NCBI RefSeq assembly: GCF_001194135.2
Contig: NC_068990.1
Coordinates: forward strand, 11,830,321-11,894,320
Direction: 5' to 3'
Source: Octopus bimaculoides
Taxonomy: Eukaryota
Length of the DNA stretch: 64,000 nucleotides
Positions within the stretch are counted from its first letter, which is position 1; every line of letters starts with the position of its first letter. Shown piece by piece: positions 24,330 to 38,719 of the stretch. The notes below the pieces were generated by a model that saw only the letters and a program-made list of their open reading frames with translations, had not been told where the DNA came from and did no database searches. Position numbers and translations under genes: made by a program.

Positions 24330-26535
24330 CCTGATCAACAGAGCCTTTTATTCTCCTTCTATTTCTCACAGGTATATGCTCAAGATTGATCCTTTCACAT
24401 TGACCATCCTTCCAACATTCACCCACCTTTCAACAAACTTACTAGAAGGCAACGCTTCCCTCTCCACCCTCAACTTCCTTTTCAAGTGAAACTTGAAGCA
24501 GGTGATGAGGGCTTGGCCAAAGACGTAAGTGTCTGTCTTAAGCTTTTTCAAACAGGTCCACCATACTACCACTTTCGCTACAACCACTAGACAAATAAGA
24601 ATTGCCTGCCCTTTCTGGCCAAAAGAGGACGGAGAAGCAATCTTCACAATGGATTCAGCTGATAGCCGGATCTGTCTTACATGTGACAGCAGGTGCTCGA
24701 TATAAATCCACAGGTCAGCAATATTCGAGCACTGAACTAGGGTGTGCAGAACAGTTTCAGTGTTCTGGACACCCCTGGGGCAGGCCCGGCTAAAGGCATT
24801 TTATCTCAAACAGGCAATGCCCCTCAGTAGTTCTACCAGGCAAGGTATTTCTGGAAGTTAGTCATAGGCCCAGGCCTGAAAGTCCTCCGAAACAGATCAG
24901 TTAGTTGATCTTCATCAATGCCCAGAGTTTTCCCAAGAACATTGTCGCACTTTCTCTCCACTAGCCCTCTATAGAATACTAGAGTGGAACTACCACCAAC
25001 CACATTGCCTGCCTGGTGGAGGGCTGAGAGCACTTGATGGCACTTGAGTTGCCAAGCACCCTTCCTTGGTTTATGCCTAATCCAGGTTTACAGCTCAGTC
25101 AAAGAGACAAGCTGTAGAAAAGTGTACCTGACAAAAGGTGACCACACATGCTCACCATCAAGGAAACGCAAGAGATGCCGCAATGTGTGCTCATGTCTGT
25201 ACATCAGTAACCATGGCATGCCTAGCCCTCCATTCAGCAGCTTTTGACAGAAGATGGAGCGCCTGACCAGAGGAATGCACCCTTTACACAGAAAACAGAA
25301 GAGTAAATGCACCAGCTTGGTTAACCAGCAAACGGAGCAAGGGATGACGGTCAAGCAGTTATAGATGATGGATGCAATATATGTATTCACCACCTCTGAT
25401 CGACCTTTCAGGGACAGCTTCCTCTTGGCCCATTTCTGGGTAAGATACACTACTCTGCTCGTCACTTCGTCCCAGTTTTTCTCCACCTGGAAATCTGGAC
25501 CAAACCAGATTCTGAGCAATTTAACCAGACCATCTTTCCAGTACCCTATGACACTGTTGGACGTCATGGACTTGCCTCTCCAGGTGCTGAGTAGCAAGCC
25601 CGCTGACTTTACTGCATTAATTTTTGCTCCTGTCACCACTTCATATTCTTGCAGTGTGTTGCCTGTGGATCGACACTCTGATGGTGACATTATCAGCATA
25701 AGCAGACACACTTCTCCCACATCCTAGATCATGTGGGACACCCCTCAAAGACTCTGTCTTCCACAGTAATGTCCCAAGAGTCAGTACATACAGAAAGGAG
25801 GAGAGAGGGCATCCTTGATGGACCAAACACAAGCTGCTGAATGGCTCCAACAGGTGACCATTCATCCGAGCAAACAAGCAGATGCCACTGTACAAAGCAG
25901 TGATCCAACCGCAGAAAACTGGGCCGAAACTGGCTGCCCTGAGGAGAGCTGCCAAGCATTGATGGTTGACCCAATCAAAGGCTTTAGATTGATCTAAATT
26001 GATCAGAGCTCCACCCATGCCAGCTTCGTTACCCACCCTTCCTATGACGTAGCGCATAAGATGGAGGTTGTTGTGAATAGACCTGGTTGGGATGGTGCAC
26101 GCTATCGCCTCACCAACCAGCTTGTCCACAACAAGTGCCAACCTCTTGGCTAACACCTTGACCAAAATCTTCAACTCTGCATTGAGCAGATGGATGGGCT
26201 GGAAATTTTCTATGACGTCCCCTTTGTTTGGGTTTTTTCCCAGCTGTGCCACTGTCCTTTGACAGACAAAAGTGGGAATTCTCCCATTCTGCAGCTAGTT
26301 GCAGTAGACGTCTGCTAAGAGGCCCACAAACAAGTCTGGCATCGAAGTATAAAGCTCGTAGGGCAGACCATTCAAACCAGGCGATCTACCTCTCATGCAA
26401 CTCTGCATCACTTCCTGTATTTCTGTGGCTGTTATTGGCTTTTCGAAGCACTCCGCCTCATTTGCTGAGAATCGTAGCAGGCTGCCCAGGTACACATTGA
26501 AGTCTGCCCCGTCATCTGTCCTACAATTCATCCTG
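24330..26535 (-). mobile_element. Decayed Tx1/L1-clade non-LTR retrotransposon ORF2 (RT to C-terminus), 5'-truncated
   Basis: Frame-shifted pieces: GRSPGLNGLPYELY, NFQPIHLLNAELKILVKVLAKRL, LINLDQSKAFDWVNH, QGCPLS, AYADNVT, RKLSLKGR, GGLGMP, FKFHLKRKLRVERE. Confidence 0.92.
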
Positions 26536-26549
26536 AACAGTCAGGAAAA

Positions 26550-27200
26550 GTGCTGCTGAAAGCCACACACATCGAACACTTCGCATCCATTCTATAAAAC
26601 CGTCAGCGTCATCACTGTCGTCAAGGATAACCAACTAGAAGTACTTATAACAACCTTCTACACAATTACCATCATATTCTTTATTATTTACACTGTCATC
26701 ATCGTCATCATTGTCATCATTATCATCATCATAATCCTCATGAGAAACATTGTCATCATTATTGTCATCATCAGAAGCAGCAGCAGTACCATAAGCATTG
26801 TCCTCATCATCATTGTCATTATTATCATTGTCAACAGTAATTATTATTGTCATAATGATGCTCATCATTATCATCCTCATAGTTCACGCCATCATCATCA
26901 TCAAAATCAGAATCAGAATCATCACTGACAATATCGATAGCCATCATTATCATAATGATCAAATCTGATACTGTCATCATTGACAGTGATTACCTTCATC
27001 ACTGTCATCATCATCATCATCATCTGTTCATCATCATGAACAGCATCATCATCATTTGATCATCGTCATCATCCTCATCTTTATCATCATCATCATCATC
27101 ATCGATAGCCTGTAACTACTTATAACACTGCCATCAATGCAATTAACATCAACCCCCGTCATCATCCTCATCATCATCATTATCCCTATAATTGTCACTG
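26550..27200. repeat. Degenerate (CAT)n low-complexity tract
   Basis: Direct. Similar tracts at 6735-7120, 23565-23720 and 33047-33162 ((GAT/GAC)n). Confidence 0.92.
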
Positions 27201-27525
27201 TATGAAGCTGTCTCTAAAACCTGTAATTAATCTACTTTAACCTTATTCAAACTGAGAGAAGAAAGCAGATATAGCTCTGTCAATAGATTGTGAACACACA
27301 TCTTCTCCTTGGTCCTTCATTAAATCCTTGGCTGGCATATTTAACTCACAATTAATCCAGTTTGCCTTGCTATAAATTGGTTTCATTAAGTAATTAACAA
27401 CACACTACAGTAAGCAGTAGCATTAATAGTGGTAGCATCCTTATTGACCGACTAGTCTTAAAAACCAAGGTATTCCAATAATGACAATACCATCTATTTG
27501 TCTCTTACCTACTTTAACCCTTTGT

Positions 27526-27907
27526 GGAGGCGCAATGGCCCAGTAGTTAGAGCAGTGGACTCGTGGTCATAGGATCGTGTTTTCAATTCCCAGATCGGGC
27601 GTTGTGAGTGTTTATTGAGCGAAAACACCTAAAGCTCCACGAGGCTCCGGCAGGGGGTGGTGGCGAACCCTGCTGTACTTTTCCACCACAACTTTCTCTC
27701 ACTCTTACTTCCTGTTTCTGTTGTGCCTGTAATTCAAAGGGTAAGCCTTGTCACGCTGAATATCCCCGAGAACTACGTTAAGGGTACACGTGGTTGTGGA
27801 GTGCTCAGTCACTTGCACGTTAATTTCACGAGCAAGCGGTTCCATTGATCGGATCAACTGGAACCCTCGACGTCGTAATTGACGGAGTGCCAACAACACA
27901 ACAACAG
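27526..27907 (+). mobile_element. tRNA-derived SINE, near full length, inserted into a MITE end
   Basis: A box TGGCCCAGTAG, B-box-like TTTCAATTCC, terminal stem-loop and (CAA)n tail. About 11-bp TSD TTTAACCCTTT (27513-23) / TTTAAGCCTTT (27908-18). A related partial copy lies at 45960-46160. Confidence 0.8.
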
Positions 27908-28115
27908 TTTAAGCCTTTAGCATTTAAACCAGCTATACCCAGCTCAAATATTCTACATGTTTAATGTTCAAACTGGCTAGACCTGGCTCCTCATACTTAC
28001 CCTACGATGTCATTCTAAAAACAAAAAAATACATCATTGAAAACTTGAAGCTTCAGGGTAATGCATGATTAATTCAAAACATTGTGAATAAATAAGCATT
28101 ACATTTGATAGAGAA
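27908..28115 (+). mobile_element. piggyBac-like (TTAA-CCCTT ended) MITE
   Basis: TTTAAGCCTTTAGCATTTAAACC start. Related copies at 4962-5090(+) and 5128-5322(-). Confidence 0.6.
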
Positions 28116-28910
28116 ATTTGCATATGGATCAACCAGTTTGATTCAAAAACTGTGGTACTCCGAGTTTCAAGCGTGTTGCTAGTCATTGGCCATTAGGAAT
28201 CTGAATGAGAGCTTGATTGAAGAGAGTCAGTGTTTATAACTAGACGTTAGCCTGTGATTGGTCAAGAAAAGTCACGAGGTGTAGCAGTTTGATGTTGGTA
28301 TTTCGGCGACAACAATTACTTAGAAAATACTGTATGGTAAACAAGAAATTGACTGCGTGGTGGGTAGGAAATTGGTTGTGTGCTTGATGGGGAAAAAGGA
28401 AGTAGTGGAAGAAGTTGTATATACCCACAACAGCTCCCCCACCCTCGTGCTGTAATTAAAAACCTGGTGTCTTAACTCTCAGCCAATAGGTAGATCTTTA
28501 ATAGGTCTCCCCACCACTACAATGATACTCTGACTAAGAGAAAATTTTCTGAGATCATGTATGTGTACGATCCCCAAACACCCTCTCCGCGCCCCAAGAG
28601 AATTAAGCAAAGAAAAATTATCTGATATTAGACCGAATTTCGTAATATATAATATACATGTATATAACTAATTTAGAGACGAACCACCACTCAACAACTC
28701 AGTCAACGAAGAACCTGTCCAAAACCATGCTGAGAGACATATACCATATAAATACTGATCTAAGATTTTAATAATTTTAATAATATATAATATATCATAC
28801 AAAGAAACATTCATCATAAAAAATATTAATCTAAAAATCAACTAAAGTATAAATTGGACAGTAAAAATTAATACAATAGTATAATGTATAAAAGTATAAA
28901 AGTCAGTCCA

Positions 28911-29847
28911 GATGATGGACAACATTGTTAAAGTGCTGAATTACATAAAATCGCTTTCCCTACAGTGCATACTTTCTGCATTCCTATGTGAAACTATGGA
29001 TTCTAATTTTAAGTGTTTACTGCTTCATACAGAAGAGCAATCAATGGATCTCTAAAGGAAAAGTGCTCTCTCGATTTATCTCTGTGAACTGAAATAAAAT
29101 GTTTCTTCGATGCTGAAAATTCTGGATTTGAATTTCTTAACGATGGTAATTGCTAGCTGGAAGTAGCCTTTCTCTATGATCTTTTTGAGAAGTTGAACGT
29201 TTTAAAGTTGAGTCAGCAAGAAGCGAACGAATATATTATTACATTTACAAGCAAATTAAAGTCTTTCAGAGACAAGTTAGAACTGTGGATAAGGAAAGTT
29301 AAAAACTAGCAGCTTGACTGCTTCCCAGGCGTAGAGGTTTTTCCAAATAGATTTAAAATTTTATCAGAAGTGCAGAAGACAAGTAGAAAACCTCTCTGTA
29401 TCATTTTCTAAGTGTTTTCCATCACTTGATTATCAAATGTACAAGTGGGACATCAATCCTTTTGCAAGATACGACAGTACACATGTGCACTTAACATTAA
29501 CAGAAGAAGAAAATTTAGTAGACTTGAAAAACGATCTTGTGCACAAGGCCTCATTTTCTGTGCTAGAATTGTCAGAATTTTGGATTTTGCTTTGGAGCCA
29601 ATATCCTTGATTAGCTACTACAGCCGTTAAATCTCTGTTGCCTCTTGGATCATCGTATCTTTGTGAATTAGGTAACTCTATAGTTATGGAAAAGGAGTAA
29701 AAAAAACGGGAATGATTACGGACGGTAGATGAAGAGTTATGCATTTGTTTATTTAATTTAGCACCGCGTTTTGACAAAGTTCTATCTGAAAATCAATTGC
29801 ATCCTTCTCACTNNNNNNNNNNAAAACATTATTATTGTATTAATTTA

Positions 29848-29887
<40 letters not shown>

Positions 29888-30451
29888 TATATTATGTGTT
29901 CAATAAACAATGTTATTTTATTGTTACTTTTTATTTTTATTCATACTATTAAAGTACAGTAGAACCTTGGTTTTCTAACTTCTCTGATCACGAATAAATC
30001 ACACATTATTTCTTGCCTTTCTCATATTCATTTAATACAGTAGTACCTCGGTTTACAAATGCCTCTAATCATGAATAAATCGTGCTTTATATATATCTAT
30101 ATAAATTTAAATAATAAGGGTAAAAAGTTGATATTATTTAGATTAATATCAATTTAAACCAGTGGTCTAGCATATTGAAAAAAATCTGAAGATTCAGAAA
30201 ATTATATTGCATACATGTAAGAGGAATGACCCCTAGATGGACTCCTAATATGCTAAATGTAAACCCCATATGGTCTGACCACTAAGCAAAATTGTTCTCT
30301 TTATATACATATATAAAGCATGATTTATTCACTATCAGAGTTGTTCAAAACCTGTGGTATGTTCAATTTTGTTAGGATTTTTATTTGGTGTGCAGCAAAT
30401 AAATTCTCCTCGCCCAAAGTGTCATAAAGTAAAAAAGTTTGGCAGACTCTG
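28911..30451 (+). mobile_element. hAT (Charlie/Buster-type) transposase pseudogene and right end
   Basis: MDNIVKVLNYIKS, KCLLLHTE, LYDLFEKLNVL, KLELWIRKV, WDINPF, LSEFWI..SYLCELG, PRFDKVLSENQLHPSH. TIR-like AAAGTTTGGCAGACTCTG at 30434-30451. Confidence 0.88.
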
Positions 30452-31465
30452 CTTTAGCAGTATATATTTACAAGAAGATTAATAAGGCTTTGACCTGTTA
30501 GAAATAGCAGCCAAATTTTCTTCAAATTACACATCACAATGTAATTGAAAATATCTGCAAAACAGATTATTTGATCCTGGTTGGTTCCAAAAATCCTCGA
30601 TTATTGGTCTGCTCACTCTGACTTACCCAGAGATTAAACCACGACAACTAAAAGGACTAACGCATTAGTAATATTGAGAAATGGATGTAATATGAATTGA
30701 TCTTAAACTAATATTTTTATGGAGGCAATACCTGTGGAGTCTAAAAGAACATAATTAAAATACACATTCGAAACTTATATAAATATATATATTCTCTATA
30801 AAATGGAAATAAAAATTCCAGAATACATAAATATACATAAATAGACAAATGTCGATGTAATACATAGAACACGATTGAATTTAATAAAAATTTCTTTTGG
30901 AAGTACATTTAAAATTATAATACTTTAGTATGATGAAATTAAAATTTTTTCCTTGAGAGGATTAAGTATTAAACAGATATACTAAAAACAATAAAAGAAA
31001 AAAATATAAAGATCACATCTATGGGCCATTTCAGAGATGTGCCATGGAATATGACATATTTCATATTATCAATCATGGAACTCCCCTCATCAAGATGTTG
31101 CACAAAGTTTGAAACCACATCTACATACCAGGACTAGTCAACTGTCAGCAGCAATGTGAGATATCATCCTAAAAAAACTTATACTTATATAATAGTATCT
31201 AATTTACATATTAATGGACAGGACCAGAAAATTATGCTAAAAAGTATGTGTTAAGGTCTACCAGGACTAATATTTTGTTACATGTTAATTTTTATTCCTA
31301 TATTATTATGAAATTAGATGTCCAAGATCAAATCTTACTTATATTATTAGGATCGCCAGAACCGTATTTAGTAATACACATATCATATTCGCAAAATTTT
31401 TATATAACAAGCTCTAAATAAACTATATATTTGATCTTAAACTATATATTTTCGAAATATGTATC

Positions 31466-32000
31466 TGCAGGGCGTTCAGGCTAAATTTGGCAGTTTGCAT
31501 GCAAATAAAATAAAACAATATCCCATCCTAAAATGAAAATATTGTAAAAACTCAAAAAATATCAAGTAGATTATAGCTGGGAGATAACAGTTTACTCAAA
31601 GTAGCTGTTGTCAGCTTCCACTACGACCTCAAGATGGTTCTGGAACCTAGTGCATGCATTCCTCACTGTGTCCCTAGAAACACCTTTTTGATCTTGGTTG
31701 CCAGCTCAGCCTTGGTGTTGCAGACAGAGTGGTTGGCGTCTTTCTCAAATATGCTCAACACATAGTAATCCACGGGATATGACAATTAGGGAAATTAGAA
31801 TGCCAGAAAAAGGAGCTGAAGTCATAAAAATTCTCTGACAATCATTTCTGACTCTTTCCACAGGTATGGCAAAGAGCTAAATCTTTCTGCCACACATGGC
31901 CTTCCAGCAGCAATCCTCTCCAGCCAGGGATTGACTACAGTCTCCAACAGCTTCATATGGTTGTCTGAATTGAGCCTAAGGCCTTATTCACAGATATGGG
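31466..32000 (-). mobile_element. Tc1/mariner maT-like transposase C-terminus and TIR
   Basis: W.SNFPNC..PVDYYV..EKDAN...CNTKAEL..KIKKVF, DTVRNACTRFQNHLEVVVEADNSYFE*. TIR-like CAGGGCGTTCAGGCTAAATT at about 31468. Confidence 0.8.
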
Positions 32001-35000
32001 GATGATGTCTGGCTGTGTGAAAAAACAGTAAGAATTTCAGCTGTGTCACCCCACCTGCTTGTCATGGCATTGTAGTCTCTGTTGCAGCTGTCCATGTCAT
32101 GTCCTTCAGCCTTTACAATGTTCTCAGAGCAGCAGTCATGATGGTGGCATTTATATACCCAGTGCAAATAATCATAAAACAGATAGTTTTCTAATATTCA
32201 GATGACTTCCAATAAGGTAACTTTTTCTCAACAACAAATGTAATCATTATGCTCTCCAATGCCACTGACTGTTCACCAAAAGACCAAGTTGTTCCTGAAA
32301 AAGAGGAGTCAAAATATTAATTAAATTTAGCCAAAACACCCTGTATGATTATATTATCGAATCTGTTTCCTCCTATTTTAATTATATTGTTCATTCTCAA
32401 TGCCCTCACATGTCTACCATAGCCACCTCCTCCTCTGAAGTATTCCTATATCTCTCACCATCATTTGTTACGGTCATCTCTCCACAATCTCTATCTCACC
32501 TCAAGCTCTTATGAAACTTACCCCTCTATTCCCCTGTCAACTCATCCTGTCCAGTCCCCTGTGCTGCTTACATTCACCCTCTGCGCCTTATGTCCCAACA
32601 TCTCAGCTATAATCTATCTCTTTCACTTTGTCTCTCTCACTCTAACTTCTCTCCCTCTATCCTTTATCGTTATCTTTCTCTCTACTTTTATCTCACCTCT
32701 CTGTTTTTTTTTCCTAGTATCTTCTCTGGTATAGAGAAGATTTTAGATGCCTATTTCTATCTCTTTATTATACCATATGCATTCAACTAGCACAAAGCTA
32801 CCCCTTCCAACACAACTCCTCCTCCTACTCAAGGGGTTTCTGTTTTGCAAGTTACTTGGTGGCCCTGCCACTACTGGTGTCAATTAAAAAGCTCCCAGTA
32901 CAGTACTCTGGGAAGTGGTCGGCATTAGGAAGTTCATCCAGCTGTAGAAAGCATACCAAAGCAGACAAAGAGTTTGGTGTAGTTCTTTGGCTTGCCAGCA
33001 CCCATCAAACCGTCTAGCCCATGCCAAAATGGAAAATGGAGCTTAAATGATGATGATGATGACAATGACAATGGTGACAATGACGATGACGACGATGATG
33101 ATGATGGTGATGAAGATGATGATGATGACAATGTTGACGACAATGATGAAGATGATGATGATAGGTAATTTAAGGGAGATTTGATTGCTATGTCTTGCAG
33201 ATCTGTCAGCCTCACTGGGGTTCTTTCGTTAGTTTATATTTAGGCTTGATTATCAGCATCAAACTAATTTCTTTAGCAGCACCAGCTATAATTAAATATA
33301 TAAAAATCTATTTACCATTTTCCTCCTTGTAAGTGACCCAAAAAATTGTTATTTAGTGTACAAGAAAGTTTTGCTTATACAGGAATCTCTTGGCAGGGAA
33401 TGTCTGACGAGAAGGAAATTTTAAAATAGCACATGACACTTCAAAAACCTTTTATTCTAAAGTAATCTTTGTCAAAAATACCAAATTAAAAATCTTTGTC
33501 AGGTTATCATTTAGAAAATGAATGAAGTCATTAATTGTCTGACAATGTAGCAGAATGAATGAACAAAAGGCAGCAGACAAGCATGAGCGATTCTAATTAG
33601 CTGTCCAACAACATTGTCCTTGCTTTTGTTTCTTTTTCTTTTCCTTTTATGCATTTTGATTAACCTATAAAAGACGATATGATGCTAGAACTATTGGCTT
33701 CTCAAAGATAACATTTCTTATTCTTGACAACGCATTTTAAATCAACTAACAATGTATTACTGTAATGCAAAAAAAACCCAAAACATATATATCTATATAT
33801 ATATATATATACATATATATATCTTTATACATATATTTATACATACACATAAATATATATATATANNNNNNNNNNNNNNNNNNNNNNNNNNNNNNNNNNN
33901 NNNNNNNNNNNNNNNNNNNNNNNNNNNNNNNNNNNNNNNNNNNNNNNNNNNNNNNNNNNNNNNNNNNNNNNNNNNNNNNNNNNNNNNNNNNNNNNNNNNN
34001 NNNNNNNNNNNNNNNNNNNNNNNNNNNNNNNNNNNNNNNNNNNNNNNNNNNNNNNNNNNNNNNNNNNNNNNNNNNNNNNNNNNNNNNNNNNNNNNNNNNN
34101 NNNNNNNNNNNNNNNNNNNNNTCTATGTCTTCTAGGATGAAAACAAAAAGCTATTCTGAATTTCGTTGTTCTTTCTAGCCACTATATCATTCCTGTTATC
34201 ATTCACTTTGACACCATCACCATTATAGTAATCATCATTGTCATTGCTTTTACATCCATTTTTCTATACCTGTATCTAATGGACATGTTGTTGTTATTAA
34301 CGAAGCAGGCAATGCAGGGAATTGTGATGGAATGCCAAGTTTTGGAATATTCTTCACTGCTTTCCACAGCTTACGTTATCAAAAGATTTGGCCAGATCAT
34401 AAAGTAATATCTGTGTTTATCATGGTGTGTGTCTGATAGACGTATATATATATCTTTTATCTTTTACTTGTTATAGTCATTAGACAGCAGCCATGCTGGG
34501 GCACCACCTTGAAGAAATTTTAGTCAAATGAATTGACCCCAGTTCTTTTTTATTTAAGTACTTATTCTGTTGGTATCTTTCACCAAACTGCTAAGTTGCT
34601 GAGATGCATACACACCAAGACCAGTTGTCACGGAGTGGTGGGGACAAACCCAATCACAAAGACAAACACCCAGACACAAAGACACACACGCACACACACA
34701 CACACACAAATATATATGTACATGCATATATGACGGGCTTCCTTCAGTTTCTTATTCCTTTATTGCCCACAAGGAGCTAAACACAGAGGGGACAAACAAG
34801 GACAGACAAAGGGATTAAGTCAATTTCATCGACCCCAGTGCTTAACTGGTACTTAATTTATCGCTGAATTTAAAAGACAGTTGTACATGATAAATTAAAA
34901 ATATATAAATACACAGCTATTTTTTTAAAAATCTCTAAGTAAATAAATGTATTAAAAATATATATATGTAAAGTAATAGATCCTATAGAATCTCTGGACG

Positions 35001-37132
35001 AAGACATAAAAACGTTAAAACGTCTACAATTGTCCTTTAAATCCATCTCTAATCAGAATCATGTTTGCGGATTGAATTACTAGTACTTTTTGTTTCTTCA
35101 CATTACATATTTGTATACACACACACACACACACACACACATAACTGCAGCATGGAAGGTGTTTATAAGCCATTTAAAAACACACAAAAACCATTAGATT
35201 CACTTCAACATTTAAATTTCATTTGTCAAAATATTTTCTTCACTTTGAAACCGCGCCCTGTTCACTTACAAAATTCCGTGCTGCATCTATCTATATATCT
35301 ATATATNNNNNNNNNNNNNNNNNNNNNNNNNNNNNNNNNNNNNNNNNNNNNNNNNNNNNNNNNNNNNNNNNNNNNNNNNNNNNNNNNNNNNNNNNNNNNN
35401 NNNNNNNNNNNNNNNNNNNNNNNNNNNNNNNNNNNNNNNNNNNNNNNNNNNNNNNNNNNNNNNNNNNNNNNNNNNNNNNNNNNNNNNNNNNNNNNNNNNN
35501 NNNNNNNATATATATATACATATATATATATATATATGTATGTATGTATGTTTGTATGTATGTATGTGTGTATGTACATTCACTCTCACATGTGTTCTTC
35601 AGAATCAAGCACAAAATCTGCAAGTGCCTTTACTCTAACTATTATAGAAGATATAGTAATAATAACACACTCTCTTACTGACCACACTTTTGTAATAATA
35701 AACCATTGTGACATATTATATTATCATATAACATAAAATCAAGACTAGATCCGAAAAAAAAAAGAAACATTGATTGATTGAACAAATGTCTTATGTAGAA
35801 TACAACAACGTAAAAGAAAAGCAAAAATATCAATAACAGAACCTATAGTAATAAGGAATTCTAATGGAAGAACCAAACATACAGTTAGCTTACCCTAGCA
35901 ACATACTAGCAGGAGATGCTTGATGCTATGGTGAAAATACTTCCCGATTGCTGAAAGGAATTCTGCATCAACAGCCATAAATTTAAAGTTCAGTGATAAT
36001 GAATGAGAAACACACATAACAATATTGCTGTGATTGTTACTTACAACGAAAACAGCAATGGTAATGACCACTAAGAACTATATCGTCAAGTGGTGAAAGA
36101 GATGAGAAGTCTGAGGAAGGTTTTCATACATCTATGGTCTTAATAGATCTATTGTTTCAAATATAATATGAAAGAATAACCAGGAGATATGTGAATGGTT
36201 TAACAATAGAAGTGAAAGTGGAGCATAGTTGTTTATACACATCATCATCATCATCGTCCTTGTTTAACGTCCACCTTCCATGCTAGCATGGGTTGGATGG
36301 TTTAACTGAGGGCTGGCAAGTCAGAAGGCTGTACCAGGCTCCAATCCGATCTGGCAAGGTTTCTACAGCTGGATGCCCTCCCTAATGCCAATAACTCCAA
36401 GCGTGTAGTGGGTGCTTTTTATGTGCCACTGGCATGAGGGCCAGCCAGGCGGTACTGGCATTGACCACGTTTAAATGGTGCTTTTTACATGCCACCAGCA
36501 TGGAAGCCAGTCAAATGGCTTCCATGCCGGTGGCACGTAAAAAGCACCATTCAAGTATGGTCGTTACCAGTGCAGCCTGACAGGCCCTTGTTTCCAGTGG
36601 CATGTAAAAAGTACCCACTACACTCTCAAAGTGGTTGGCGAATATTTACGCACAAATACATAGACACAGATTGATACATATGTGTATATTCTTTTATTCT
36701 TGCTTCAGTCATTTGACTGCAGCCATGCTGGAGCACTGCCTCAAAGGGTTTTATTCGAAGAAATCAACCCCAGGACTTATTCTTTGTAAGCCTAGTACTT
36801 ATTCTATCAGTCTCTTTTGCCGAACTGCTAAGTTATGGGGGACATAAACACACTAGTATAGGTTGTCAAGCAATGGCAGGAGGACAAACACACATACACA
36901 CACACACACATATATATATGACAAGCTTCTTTCAGTTTCTGTCTACCAAATCCACACACAAGGCTTTGTCGGCCCTAGGTTATTATAAAAGACACTTACC
37001 CAAAGTGCCACACAGTGGGACTGAACTCAGAACCATGTGGTTAGGAAGCAAGCTTCTTACCACACAGCCATGCCTGCTCCTATGAATGTATATATGTATA
37101 TATATGCATGTATATGCATAAACATATGCATG

Positions 37133-37182
<50 letters not shown>

Positions 37183-37904
37183 TACACACATACTCAAACA
37201 CGTGTGTGTGTGTACATGTACTCTTCTCATATCACCTTTTCAAAAATGGAACAGATTGTATGATAATCCTTGACTGGCACCACACTTGGTTCAGAAGGTT
37301 CTCTTTGAAATTCTCGGAATAAAAGAGAGAAATGCTATTTCTTGACACTCTTCAGAATACTAGCAGGACTTTACAGTTAGTACTAAGAAAGAAGGAAATA
37401 CTTGCCAAACCAATTTATCATCTGCCCAAAATACATTAGGAAAAGAAATGTCATATGATATAATTCACTATGAACATTGATATAAGAGGCAGTGCTGCAA
37501 ATATTTCCACCTTGGAAAGAATGGCCATAATGTTGTAACTATTATAACCAGGATGAGGACACTGGTCTCAATGTATCATCACCACCACCACCACCACCAC
37601 CACCACCCTCCATACAGTAGTAAGAAGAGTGATAAAGAGATCAGTGATAGGGAGATGAGTGGTGGAGAAGGTGCAACAGGGGAAAATTGAGCTAGGGGCT
37701 TATTTGTGTGTACATACATTATGCTCTTCAAACCCACGATTGTCTGTTATTCTCATGCACCTTTGCATTGCAAATCAACAAAATCTTTTGTTGTCTTCTC
37801 TGTGAGCCTCAATACCCTAAGATCAGCCTTGACTACTTCGTTCACATTTTTCTAGGTCTCTCATCTTCCAGAGATTCCATCCAATGTAAAAAAAAAACTG
37901 GCAT

Positions 37905-38345
37905 TTCTGTTTCTAGCACTGTCGAGCGTGTTCATTGCCAGAGCAGCTGTCTGGCTTCCGTGCTAGTGGCCCGTAAATAGCACCATTTGAGCGTAATCAT
38001 TACCAGTGTTGCCTTCTAGCACTTGTGCTGGTGGCACGTTAGAAAATCATTTGAGTGAGGTCGCTGCCAGTACCGCTGGACTGGCTCCTGTGCAGGTGGC
38101 ACGTAAAAAACACCTTTTTGAGCATGGCCGTTGCCAGTACTGTGTGACTGGCCCTCATGCCATTGGTACATAAAAACACCCACTACACTCTCGGAGTGGT
38201 TGGCATTAGGAAGGGCATCCAGCTGTAGAAACTCTGCCAGATCAGATTGGAGCCTTCTGGCTTGCCAGTCCTCAGTAAAATCATCCAACCCATGCTAGCA
38301 TGGAAAGCGGACGTTAAACGATGATGATGATGATGATGATGATGA
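37905..38345 (+). mobile_element. RTE 3' UTR/tail copy with (GAT)n end
   Basis: About 65-bp subunits, then GGAAGGGCATCCAGCTGTAG...GCGGACGTTAAAC(GAT)n. Further copies: 18019-18260(-), 23995-24256(-), 32880-33060(+), 36240-36640, 40591-40975(-), 44440-44910(+), 48095-48310(-), 54230-54410(-), 57727-57930(-), 59442-59605(-), 60420-60845(-). Confidence 0.85.
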
Positions 38346-38719
38346 AAATATATCGCTTAGCACACCAAATGCTCTTGAGAATCAACTCATTTTTTCCACA
38401 ATATGGTGATGATGTAATGAGAATTAAACCTTCCAAGGGATAACTCACAAGGTTGTTGCAAGTGATAGCTTCAGATAACTTGGTATATCTATGATAATGT
38501 AGAATAAAATGTAGTACCAAGAATTGCCAGAAAACACAAGCAGTTGTATTTGAATACATAAACAGTTATATTACTTCAACAACTATTTCACTTATACTGA
38601 ATCATATGCCATTTAAATATAAACACTGACGCCTACTCACTCAATTACATTTAAAAATATTGTTACACTAATGTGAAAACATATAAAGGCATTATGTAAG
38701 TTTTAATCTTTTGAAGGAA

